Positions 13,179-26,300 of a stretch of 64,000 nt of DNA are shown in pieces. The DNA lies in the NCBI GenBank assembly GCA_051362555.1, contig CM120640.1:46106788-46170787 (forward strand). Reading direction: 5' to 3'. Each line of letters begins with the position of its first letter. Within the stretch, counting starts at the first letter, position 1. Both the position numbers and the translations under genes were made by a program. Source of the DNA: Lingula anatina. Lineage: Eukaryota; Animalia; Brachiopoda. Below the pieces are notes generated by a model, which was given only the letters and a program-made list of their open reading frames with translations, made no database searches and was not told the origin of the DNA.

Positions 13179-14238
13179 CTTTAAATTCAGAAAGTGACAG
13201 CTTAAGTCATGGAATTTACTATTTTTTCTTTAAAAGGAATATTATTAAAGAAGATTAACTTTAAGGAAATGACACTGGTATTCTAAGCAGAAAAGCCAAC
13301 TCTGTGCATTGATGTAATCTTAACACACATTAATATGTTAATACAGTAGCAGATCCATACATAAAAAATGATGTGAAACTACATTCACTTTAACAGTTGA
13401 CTCTTATTTTCATAAACATCATAATTTTAATTAAAATAATTTTTCACTTGAGCACATTTTCACTGCGTATCCTCTCTTATGCTAGCATATGCTAAAATTT
13501 ATTGCTTTCGTTTTTAATATTAATGTTCTACTTTAATATTATCCCTCCCTAATTTCATATGTGAGGCAATTACATTACATGTTTCCAAGTGTTCTAATGA
13601 ATTAAGTGTACATAACTGCAAGTATCCCCAAATATCCCCCTGTTCATGTACCCAGTTATACCAAGGAGTTATACGGATTGATAGGTTTGACACTGTCCAT
13701 ACCCCAGAAATACAGCAGTGCCATACTTTATGGAAAGATAAAAATTAAATCAACAATAATTGGGATGGTTTTGCTGCTATTTCATGTACTTTGAAAGTAT
13801 ATAGCAGTTATACATACTTATACCAGCTAGTAAGCTACAGATTGGTCATGACAAAAAGAGATTTGAGAAAATGCAAATTTTGCTTATATCCACTGGGTAC
13901 AGGTTGACGTTGGCTTTGTCTAAGTATTTGGCGTTATATGCTTGGTACTCACCGCAGGTAAGCATGTAAGACCAAAAAATGAGGCAAATTTTGCTTAACT
14001 TACTAAGCCGCTCCACAAACCAATATTACGGAGTACGTTCTCGTTGTGGAAATATGTACCTATATTAATATTAATATTAGTATTATTATACAATACCTAT
14101 CGCAACTAATTTTTTTAAGTGCTGTTAGCAATAATTCTCTTACCTTTCAATGCTTCTTTGTTTTAAAATCAAATTTTGCTAAAGAAAAAAATAAATATTA
14201 TCCGTAAAACAAACACAAGACCATGCTTCTTCCTTTAC

Positions 14239-14270
14239 GTTTCCATAGTAATCACATGATTGTCACATGA
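14239..14270. promoter_or_regulatory. Putative promoter of the 14-exon gene: X-box-like motif plus two TCACATGA E-boxes in a CpG-rich patch
   Basis: GTTTCCATAGTAAT at 14239-14252 resembles the RFX X-box. TCACATGA occurs twice in 14252-14270. CpG density is visibly higher at ~13900-14760. Confidence 0.4.
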
Positions 14271-16206
14271 TAACAATCACCTCCCGTCACAATCGACGTT
14301 ATTAGCGTGTACGTTTTTGCAAAATTGCTTCTTCTCAACAAACGCATTTACAGCATTGCCGATAAATCAGCGGTGCAAACAATCGCTTAAATTGCGCAAT
14401 TTGATAACTAATTATTGTATCACAGATTGCCTGGTGTTGACTATTGTTTAATTATTGAAGGGTCAACAAGACAGAAAGGCCTGCAAAATTCAAGGCAATT
14501 TTTTAAATAGCTTGGTGGGGGTTTTTTCGGGCTAATGGGACAATTTTGGCTGGTGAAAACCTTGAAAATCGTTTTAAAATTTGACCACTGCCTCGATACA
14601 TGTACATTGTTCACATGCAGATACTGATCCTTAAAAAAAAAAAAAAAAAAAAAAAAAATCACAGAAATCGGCCAAAAGAATGAAAGTCCTGATTCGTCAA
14701 TGGAAAAACATGTTCTTTTATTATGGCTAGTTTAGAGCTACAGTATTTACACTGTACGCCGATTACCGTACAAACAAAATGTTTTATAGATTTCAAGAAA
14801 AAAATGATTTTTTTTTTCAAAATAAATATTTTATTTAAAATTTCACATCCCAACACCAATTTGACACATCATGTTCACTGAAGCTTATATTTTTCAATCT
14901 CAGCTATTCTAATAAAGAATTATAACAGTGGAAAGTCTATTTTGCTAATAACAACAATATATGACACTCCATAATATCAGAAATGACTTATATAGACAAA
15001 AGAGGAAATAAATATGATAAATGGCAAGATAAAACATACAATATAAGCTAGTCTTGTTCTCATCTCAGTAATTAACAAGGCAATGGCAATGAAAGTTAAT
15101 TGTTTTTGATTTCACACATATTTTCATCAGAAAAATTATCACCAAAACTGTCATGGCCATAGTTTGCAAATGAACTGCAAATTACTGGTATCATAATCTG
15201 AGCTTGTTACAGTATTTGAATATTATGTGTACATTTTCTCAAGCTGTACATGTGAGGTTACAATAATGAAAATCATATAAACAACAGTGTTTACAACGAA
15301 CTGGCAATCAGATGAAAAACAAGATACATGAATGTCTAATTATACAATGTAAAGTAATATCATAATTAATACCAGTGTTAAGGTATTATTTCAAACATGG
15401 AATGCATTGTGAAGACAAATCAGTATAATACATGCTCTGTAATAACGCATTATTCTCACAATGCCATCATCAACAATAAAGAGACTGTAGTCATAACACA
15501 AGAAAAAAGTCTGGTTTACAGAAAATCCTTTTTAATCTAGTCATAGCTAGGATGACACTTGGCTACAATTCCATCTTATCATTTAAAACAATCTATAGGC
15601 TTAACACTAAAATATTATTTAATGATTAACTGCCATAGAATTTCAGAAGATAAGAGATATCTTTAAATTAATAGTATAGTTCACAGATCATACACATATC
15701 ACACATATTGCACTGAAAAAGTTATTTTTCAATCAAGAGTATTGACAAAACTAATCTGATAGAAAATTTACTAATAAATAAATATAACAGAATTACATAT
15801 CATGCAAGCAGAAATTCCCAAATATAATGCAAACTTCACAGCCCCTGAGATAAAATTACAATAATATTTTGACCCATTCTTCAAATTGCAAAATGGCACA
15901 AAAACTGGAATGTTAAAAGTGCAACAAGTCATCCAAATATTATCAAGATCACACAAAAAAGTAGGAATGCAAGCTCTGGAAAGAATGGCAGTAAATTTGG
16001 CTCAATGGAAGAAGACTCCACACTTTATATATGTATAAATTTATGTAAAAGCAGCAGATGGCAATAAAATGGCAAAAGAATGATAAAGGGGTAACAGTTC
16101 ACTGGAAAAAAATATTTTTTTAATCTTTGAAAATTTAAATTTTAAAAATACTTAAAAGAATTTAATGCTGTTACATTAGCATCTTTTCCTGTAAAAGAGT
16201 CATCTT

Positions 16207-19200
16207 TCACCTGTCACTATCACTTCCAGGTGAGCTTAAATCAGGGCAAGGAGGGCAAGTATCCGATGGCAATACAATGCTACTGTGGTCCTGTGATGGA
16301 CTTCTTGGCTCAAGAGACGTGGCTGGACTGGCTCTTGCTGTAGCATTGGCATCACAATCAACATTATCATTATGCATATTTTGGAGAGCAAGAGGATCAG
16401 AACCAGAACCAGGAAGTCCCTCCCTCTCCCCGGGACTTGAGGGCATCAATTCTGGCATTTCAGTCAGTTCCTGATTGGACCCTGTGAAATCTGAATCAGA
16501 GACCCCAAATTCAGCTGGAACATCACCATGAAGAAGATGGAAATTTTCAATAGGAGTTTCTGGTGGTAGGCAGTTACTTGTTTTCCAATGCGTTTTCAGG
16601 CCACTAGCACTGATGTATTTTCTATTACATTTGGGGCATTCATAGGGGCGCTCATTTGTATGCAACCTTTTGTGGAGTTTTAAATGGACAAACTGAGTGA
16701 ATTTTGCAGGGCAGAGTTTGCACTGAAAAGGTTTCTCACCACTGTGGAGTCTCATGTGAGTTTTCAAATTACTGGTGCTACTGAAACGTTTTTTACAGAC
16801 AGTACACTCATGTGGTTTTTCTCCTGTGTGGACAAGATAGTGCTTTTGAAGATGAGCAAGTTGGGTGAAACCTTTACTGCAAGTCTTACACACAAAAGGG
16901 CGTTCACCAGTGTGAGTACGTAAATGCACTTTTAGATTGGAAAGCTGACCAAAAGTTTTGGAGCACACATTACATTCATAGTGCATTTTTCCATCTTTCT
17001 TTTTCAGTGGAAATGGCAAGGAACGATAACCCCTCATGTTGTTTGCATTCAAGCTATTCAGCTGAAGGTCCATCTTTGGCTTGCTGAGGTTCAGAGCTTG
17101 GTCATGATGGGGGTGACTGGTCGTTGGGCTAACTTGCTGTATATTTTGGCTCAGGTAAGCATTTTGCATGGCTTGATAAGCAGGGTACAAATGATGCCAA
17201 GGCAAAGCTGCTGCATATTGATTCATAGGAAACATTCCGTTCATTGAATACAAATGGGCAAAGCCTGGGTGTTGGTAGAAAGGATAGAGTGGGCTACTGG
17301 CTGTAAGGCCAAATGGATGAAAGGGCGTGGGTGGGACTTTCCCCAGTAATCCTGGTCTCAGATCCGGTTTTAGATAACCTGGGAAGTCTAATTTTGGTGG
17401 GCCATGGGGAAAACTGGCAGGAGCATTGGGCAATGGTGGCAATAATTTGGCAGGCATTGGTGTTGAGCAATTTGGCAAATTTGGATGACTTGGTTCTGGT
17501 TTGATAGGCATCACGCCGTCTTTCCTCTCCTTTTTAATATCCTTTGTCATTGCTACAGTTTCTCCATCTTTTTCTTTTTCCTCATTTTTGATTTTCAATG
17601 CATCTAAGGACTGTTCATCCACTGTTTCTCCACTTTCTTTCATCTTCTTGATTAATAAATTCTCAATCATGACAGCACCTGGGCGTTTACTGGGTATCTT
17701 GTATCCATTTTTTGTGGGGAATCTTTCAAATGCACTGTCACTTTCATCTTGACTTTTTTCCGACCCTGGACTGCTGCATGGAAAGGGATCATGTTTGGGT
17801 AGTGGACTGGGGCATTGTTTTTTTAACATGTCGAATACCTCTTCCTTTTCTGGACTCTGTTTGGGCTGGACCTTTGGACCAACAGAACTGGGAACTGTCT
17901 GGGCAGTTGGCGCTGGATTTTGTTCTTCTTGTTCTTTCTCTGAAGTTGTCTCTAAATGATGTATTTTGGGCATTTTCTTTAGACTGAAGTCTATGACACC
18001 ATTTGGATCCTTTTCGAGTCTTGTCTGGCTGGTTCTGCTGTTGTTGCAGTAGTTTGGCATGGCAGGTACCCTGTGATTTGGAAGTTCTGCAGGGAGTGGG
18101 CTGAGTTGTTCTTCTAAATGAAAAAAATTAAGTTGAAAGGATTAAAGACTAAAATAAGCACTTTAGAATGTTAGTACAAATTTCATGATTTGAAGCAATT
18201 CATTCTGGTCTTACTGGAAGACTTCTTACTGTATCAAATTCCATGATCAATAATGACATGGAATTTGTAAAACCTTTTTTTTTTCCAAAATAATGTGCAG
18301 TTTCAAAGGAAATAAGTTTCTTATATGCTACTGCTAATTAAGAAAAATATTATTTTATGTAATGCATGTTACAAGTCTGAACATTTACAAAGTTTTTGTA
18401 AATTCATGCATTACTTTCTAAGCAAAAAAGATATAAAACATATATTAAACTTCCAAATGTTGAAAAGGTACAAAAAAAATAAATAAACATTTATCATTTA
18501 TTTCAGCAAGAATTTTCCAAACTGACAACTTTGTTCAACTGGCCATATAAAATATCATCAAAACTTACTCATTTTATACTTGTAAATCTCCTCAGCTGGG
18601 GGAATGTTCAGACGCTCAGCAAACTCCTGACAGTACCAGAACAAGAGCTCGGAGTCTGGAGGGATGGGCCTTACAGTGTAGAAATATATAGCATGGTCCA
18701 CCTGACAAACTACTATGTTCTGGGCCTGCTTGGAGGGGGCGCTATTCACATACCGAAGCCAGTTGCTTTTCTTGGGATCAAATATATTGACATACAGGTA
18801 CAGGTCATGGTTGTGGTGGACCTGAAAAATAAATCAAGTAATAATACAGCTGTAACATAAAGGAATGAAAAAAACTGCATACTTCTTTAAAAGGAAGAAA
18901 TGAATGAATGATAAAATTAATAAATAAATCAATTAAAATACCTTTTTATTATTCAGGTATTCTTTTGCCCCCCCCCCCCCCCCCCCCCCCAAATTAGACC
19001 CTTAATAGACAAAATAATGGCGACTGTAAACCCATACTCTGAGTGCATTTGGTGTTACTAGCTCATTGTGACAGTTGAGCCAAAGGGACATCCAAGTACA
19101 TTTGCATATTCCACCATTTATTATGTACAACTTTGGTAAAAATGTTTTTTTACAAGATTAGAAAACAGTGAACTGGAGATATAATCCTTTTTGGTTTTAA

Positions 19201-19922
19201 TCCATGAGTTTGTTTGATTCTTAAAGCAGTCCCTATGTTCATTTAAAATTACTAATAATTGGTAGTGCTTCATATTTTTAATAAGCTGAAAAGGTTAACT
19301 TTTTCTTGCTGACAATTAAAATAAATTCGCAATACCTTCCCTCTTAATATAAAAATAGTTCACAATGGGCACTTGACCAAAAAAAGGACAAATCAGGAAA
19401 AAATGAGAAGAAACATTAGCAAACAAGGGAAAAATGAGACCCTGCTTTATCCTGCTGTTTTATGTCATAACATTTCCTTCTTCCTTGTTCAGAACCATCT
19501 TACACCACAATGACCCAATTCGTGATTTTCTTCCTTTTCCTTTTTTGATTAAATTGGCTGAACTAACCAGGCCACTAAAACCACATAGGCCATAAAATGT
19601 AAATAAATACACTTTCAAGGGTAAACAACATTGCCTTGTCAAAATACCAAAGAAAAAAGTCAGACATCATTCCTGTGACATAAAATTACTCATTGATGTT
19701 ACAATTATTTTTGGAAGGAGAGGTGGAAAGGAGAGGGGATTTGAAATTTTCTAAGAAATGGAGTACAAACTAACATTGAAATAGTACTGAAAATAATTGC
19801 TTGAAAAAAATGCTCTTAGGGCTCATTCCCAATGGAATACCAATTCTACCTGGATCTCTCCAACTCCATGGGGGTTCTTGCTGAATGTATTTCAGATTAA
19901 TGCCTATATATTGCTGAATATT

Positions 19923-19953
<31 letters not shown>

Positions 19954-22900
19954 CTTTTGTGAAGTACTTCATCTGTTTTTTTTTTTCAAAATGTGTTCTC
20001 ACAAGTCACATCAATTTTGTGTATAAAATGCAGGTGAAATTAGAATTTAGTGAAAAGATCAAAGTGTTATCAGCTATGAAAGTGATGGGGGTTAAAACTA
20101 TACTAATACCCTTATTGCAGGTCATATATGGCTTCAAATCCCTCCTGAGTGCAGATTTACACTAAAAAGATAATATTTCACACCAGTATTTTAAACAAAA
20201 AGATCAGAAGATTAAGAAAGATTGTTTTTTGTCACAGCTGCATCTGCCTTGTATTATCCATGGTGTTCTTATGCAATTTTTTTGTTTGTTTTTTTTAATA
20301 CATAAGGTGTTAAAATATAAAGAGTTTAGCAAGTATTTGTTAAAACAGGAGTGTGTTTTACATTTTTGAAATAAAATAATTTCTACAGTTGCAAACAGTT
20401 TTTATCTCCTTCATAGTATTATCTATTATTCTCCAGAGCAAATATTAAACTAATATAAATATTTTCTCCCCCCAAAATCTCTCTGCTCTTATAGACATAT
20501 ATTATGGCCTAATAAATCTATCCTAGTAAATCTGTCTGCAATCATAAAGAATTTGAGATTTCATTTGTATGGCTTTTTGTCACCTTCATCAGTCTTACTG
20601 AATTACCTGTTATATGGCAATTAAGCAACCAATACCGCATATGTTCCATTTCTTTGTTCTCACAATTAAAAGTGTTGGTAGTGCTTAAACATAAAAATGC
20701 CCATTAAAATGGGCCCTTGTCAAATAATAGGAATATACCTTGTTGCATGCAAACAAAACTTGCATAATCTTTTGGGATGAAGTTATCAAGGGGAAGCAAA
20801 GTAATAAAATCTAGAGTCTTTACAAGAGATAGACACACAATCTTATCTCTGTTGAAAGTGATTGCAGCTTTCGGTGAAAGACAAGTGCCTAACCACGCTA
20901 GTGCAATAAAACAATCTGCAGTAAATGGCAATCTACTGAGTTTCAATTGATAAGTTTAATTGGAGGATTTTAGGTTCACTAAATAGCCTACCCTCCAGAA
21001 TTCTGGTCTTAATAATCAAGAATTTCAATTTTCATTAATGACATCATCAATAAGCCAAGTAGTTACTGTGCAAAATTTTCTAAGAAATCCTAATGTCATA
21101 ATTGTTCAATAAAATACTACTAATACTAATACCCTCGAGATTTAACATAAGTTCCGTGGCAAATTAAATTAGATAGGTATTCTAAGTAAATGCACCTCTC
21201 ACTGAATGGCAAATTGTATGATACTAGGAAAGATGGCCATTGTAATATAAATCAAGCCTAATGAGTCAAGATAAGTACCCTTAACCTACAGCTGTATTAA
21301 CGAAATGTAGACTAGTCACCTACCAATGATAATAGTGAAAAATGAGAGAAATTGAAACCCATGGCAGTTGAAAGTATTGCATGCATTTATCCCACACAAC
21401 AACACTTTAACCCAAAATTTCATTTAAATTCATCTAAATTGCAAAATTCAGTAAAAATAAGTAAATGAGTAAATGGACAAGAGAACAAATCAATGGACAA
21501 ACAAACAATAAAACTAAGACCCCATTCCCAGAGATTAGATCGATCTACTTTAGATCGACTTAACTCCCTAGAGGTTCACGCTAAATAGCCGAGCAGGCAC
21601 GAAAGTTAATTACCCCCTTACAGCTTATAGTAGGCGGGACGGACATTTAAGCCAGATTATCTGACAGTAATCTAGTGAGACTCCCCGCAGGGATAGATCG
21701 ATCTAAAAGCTCTGGGAATGCACCCTAAGCAATAGAGGAATGAAAGACAAATGAATGTATAAAATAGTAAATCCATTCATTGGAAATTTCTTACTCTTTT
21801 CCAAGTGATCACTTGTTTGATAATCAGTAGAAGCAATATTTTAGATATATCTCAATACACACCTGCCACAAGAACTTCTTCTCAGCAGTTCTAGGAATAG
21901 AATCCTTGGTGAAGATCTCTCCTACCAGGGGACCAAATCTTGTTCCTTTTGGTATGTAGTCTGTGCTCCATACACCAACAACCTATCAATATCAATAAAT
22001 AAAAAAATCAGATTATTTAAAAGAAGTACCACAAAAACATCCTTTCAGTGCAAAGAAAGTTCTTCCCCGTTATATTGCAGAGAGCAAATCATAAAAGCTG
22101 TCCTTTCTCATTTCGGTCTGTCATTTCACTTTTATGGCAGAATTTGCCATCCTCACCCCAGTTTCCCTTCTTCCATGCTTGAGAAAATTGAGAAAATTCA
22201 ATTAAAAACCTATATTGTTGAAAACCATAGCTTTTTCAGGGTTTTTAATCATCAGGTGTATATAGGCTATCCACCCTGGCTTTTTTAAATAGCTGATGCC
22301 AAAATTTCACATCCCAAAGCAAGCCAGAAAACACATACCAGCTGCCTGCTTGTATAGGGATCCCATTAAAAAAAGGGAACTTTAAGAATGTAATTTTCAA
22401 GCAATGAAAATTGTATCTTCAAAGTTGGACCATGCTTCTGCCTGATAGATAAAGAGTTAGCTCATATGAGAAGTTATTAAAAATGACTGAACCCGACCTG
22501 AAAGGCTTCCAACTCCTGCTCTAACTCATGACAATCATATTCTGCTTTTCTTAGTCCGTAACTGTCTGTTTAAGAAATGAAAACTGAAGAGCAGAGTTTG
22601 GTCTTACCTTATCTTTTCCAAACTCTCAATTTATTGATTAACAAGTCTTTTCACTTTCTTCTATTTTGATACAATCTCAAGAGTTGGAGATAAAAAAAAG
22701 CATGGCCAGTATGGCCTTTCTACTGATTTCTACTGAGACTGTATTTACATATTGAGATTCTTAACTGACTCCAGTTTGCCTTCTCCATTACTTTGTTGAT
22801 ATGTGACATTTCAACTATGTTCTGATACTCTGCTTCTTTTCTTGTGGTTCAATAAACCAGTAATATGTGACCATATTGTAGGTGATGTGTACTCAGTCAT

Positions 22901-23322
22901 GTTTACTGTCCACTAACTTCAACTTTCTAGTGCACGAACCAGCCATTTAGGTGTTCTTATTGAAAAGGTAATAACATTAATGAAAGCCAGACTTTTGCAT
23001 GAACAAGGAGAATTAGGCTGCATACCATACAATATCTTAAATGCCTGGTAGTATTTAGAAAGACTTCTTTTATTGCATTTCATATTTCAAAATTAATGGT
23101 CAGCAATGACCACCTGATACATGTGACTGCTCATGATTAAATATTGATTAAAAGGGAAAAAAATGTGTGATGAAAAGGAAACGTGGATTTAAATGATATT
23201 CAATTCTGATTAAAGAAAAAGACAAGTAAATGAAAAAAAAGCAGCTGACCAATCTGTAACAAGCTGATGCAATCAAAATATATATCTGACAGCAAAGACT
23301 GATTGAGAATCTTTTTATTAAG

Positions 23323-23356
<34 letters not shown>

Positions 23357-26300
23357 GGAGGGGGGGGGATTTCATAACAAGACATCGCAAACAATGGGCA
23401 TAATTACACAACTTGTCATCTCTATAAGTTACAACTTTTATCCTTTCTATAATCATTTTATCATTGCACCTTTTTGACAGCTTTCGTCAGGTGCTATTAA
23501 ACTATTCACAAAGCCACCCCTGCCTTAATCTCTCTACAGATTATTGTTCTACATTTTGATAAAGTGAGGGTCTTAATTGCCCGGATTAAGTCATCGTCCA
23601 TCACGCACCTTGTCTCAAGCGGGGATTTACTATCGCTTACAGAGAGTGAACTATTTGGTCATGATAGCAGACTGCTGGCAAGTTTCACACGTTGTCAGGT
23701 GGCCAGAAACACAAGGCACAAATCCAAATATGTGATGAGTGTTGAGTAATAGAAGCAGAATATATCTCAAATACTGTGACAGTAATATTAAAAGAGGAGT
23801 GGTGAGGCACAGTGTGAAAGCAACAGCTTGTGTTTTAGGGGGATAGGGAAACCTTTCAAGTTTTCCTGATGTGGAGATAACCTTGATAAGTCTTTCAATT
23901 TTTTTTTAACAAAAGTTCACACAAAGACTCCCTTAAGTAAAAATTTTAAAAGTAATTTCCAAATTGTCACAAAAGAACCAAAAAATTATTTGAAGAAAAA
24001 AATCCCAGTTCATTTTTCCCATACTACAGAACCACAAAGACAAAAATCAATCTTTAATCAAAGTTCATAAAAGGAAATTACTTTCTGTCAGCCTGATCAA
24101 TCTTGCACATGTAAGCGTCATTGTCCACTTGCTTTGGTGTGTTCAGATGATGGTAGGCTAGCATGCAACGGTACCAGCATACAATTATAAAAAACATGAG
24201 CTCTCTCTCTTAGAATGCGGGACTTTAGAATGCTTGGCATGTCTTTTCTTTATTTCTCAAGCTCACCATTTGGCCATACAGCTTTCTATAGAAATAATAT
24301 TTTTGTCAAATGACCGCTTCCATGTTTTAATTAACTTCTATCTTCAGGTCACCACTATGCTTTTTACCCCAAAGGATATTTAGCATCTCACCTTAATCGC
24401 AATTAAAATATAGCCTCAACAAAAGCATATGACATACTCTATTTTCACATTACAATTGGGTGCTTTCATATTTTTTTATTGGTAGAAGACGATGCTACTG
24501 GTACATATCTTTTCAACTAGAAAATTGGCATGATGCTGTGTGAAAATCTCAGAGTCCATGTTAATCAGAACGTGAGGAGGAAGTCATGAAAAATAAAACA
24601 GTATCCATTTCTTTCAGTTTGAGTGAAGGCTGATTGAGGCTACATTGGCAAGAATTATTTACCCAAGTGAAAATATAACAAAACTTCACTGGTCTGATCA
24701 ATGGCTTCTGTCCTCTTGTAGATTTTGACAGCCTTTGGGATTTAGCTTGGCGTGAATGATAAATTGTCATTTAATCATTTGATCCCTTTTCCAATTACTA
24801 ATATCCCTTTCTCTCGCCTGCTGTGCACCCCTCTGCTAGATCATATGAGCTGGGAGAGAAAAGCACCTTGATTTGTAAGGGAAACAATTGCAGACCTTTG
24901 ATTATGTAGTCAACATTTTTGCCAGCAAACAATTAACTTCTCCTGATGACAAAGCTAATGACTTTGGCTTTCTAATCTTTCACCATCAAATTACTCCCAA
25001 ACTGTGTGAAACACTATATAGCCCCCGGTCCACTTCAAGGGTCCACTTTCATTTTAATCGACCATTTTTTGAAAAAGAGCAAGAATTTAGGAATGACAGG
25101 TATTTATGGCAGTAACAGAAAGTTGCATCTGGAAGTCTAAATTGCACCAAATGTGAGAAAAGTATGGTGTTTTCCATTGGGTCTGGCCCTCTTTACTATG
25201 TGATGCACAGTTTGTAAATCTTTGATTAGTAGACACTGTAAGTAATTCAATATCATCCAATATCTTCACATGGAATCATTAATACCAAGTTGATTTTTTT
25301 TTTCAATTTCAAAATGTCATGAATTCTGGTAACTGCATAACACGGAGAAGATGGAACAGGGAAGATGAGCTGAAACCCTTTGTCAATCCAAGGCCTCTGT
25401 CATCTGACACTTGAAATAGCATTTCCATCACTATTTTCTCTTATCACTTTCCAATCTTTTTTTCTTTCATTGTTAAAAACATCATATGTGAATGTTTTCT
25501 TTTTTCCTTCAAAAAAAGATGGACTTCCCTTGTCCCGATACAAAAGTCGCATCCCTCTAGTCTGCTGATCATTATCAATGTGTTTTAAAAGTTTATTTAA
25601 AACGAAATTCAATCGGTACTAAAGAAACACATCAATTATGGGAAAATGAAGTCGATTTGACTTTTACTGTGATAAAAAGTCAACTGCTGTTTTTACCTTG
25701 GCACCACCCAGGAGTTTGCTTTCAAAAGCATGTTGCTATTAATTTGCATCTGATACAGTCTGATAGTGTGTACACATTGTAAGTTATAGATGGTATCTAA
25801 ATCACCATCGAAATATAAAATTTCACTTCAGCCATACCTTGAAGAGCAAGTAACCCTAAGACAGGAAGAGGACAGGCAGGAGACATGAGGAATAAACATG
25901 GCAAAATTACTACAGACTTAAAAATCTATCAAATAACAATTTTGTTGATGAAAAAAAAAATCAATATTAAGTTTGATGTTCTGATTGTGCATGATCTGTT
26001 GTCTTCTTATTTTCATATATATATGTTAAGGTTTCCAAAACAGTTATATTTTATCAAATACCTTGACACAAGACAAATGAAAAATGAGTAGCTACAGGTA
26101 CATACTTTATATGCATAAACAATTCTTTTGAATGTGAAGCCATTCAAATTTACAAAAAACATTCTTGGTATATTGCATCTATATCAAATGATCTACAAAA
26201 CATGCTGAAGACATGAGAAATGTAAAAATAACAATAATCAGGTAAATGGAGAATACAAAAAATGATATTTTGACACTACATCTATTCGATAGGTCTTAAG

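Noticed and set aside
16277-17987. Several + strand ORFs overlapping the large PRDM1 exon
   Set aside because: Antisense shadows of a coding exon with no independent motifs or splice support.
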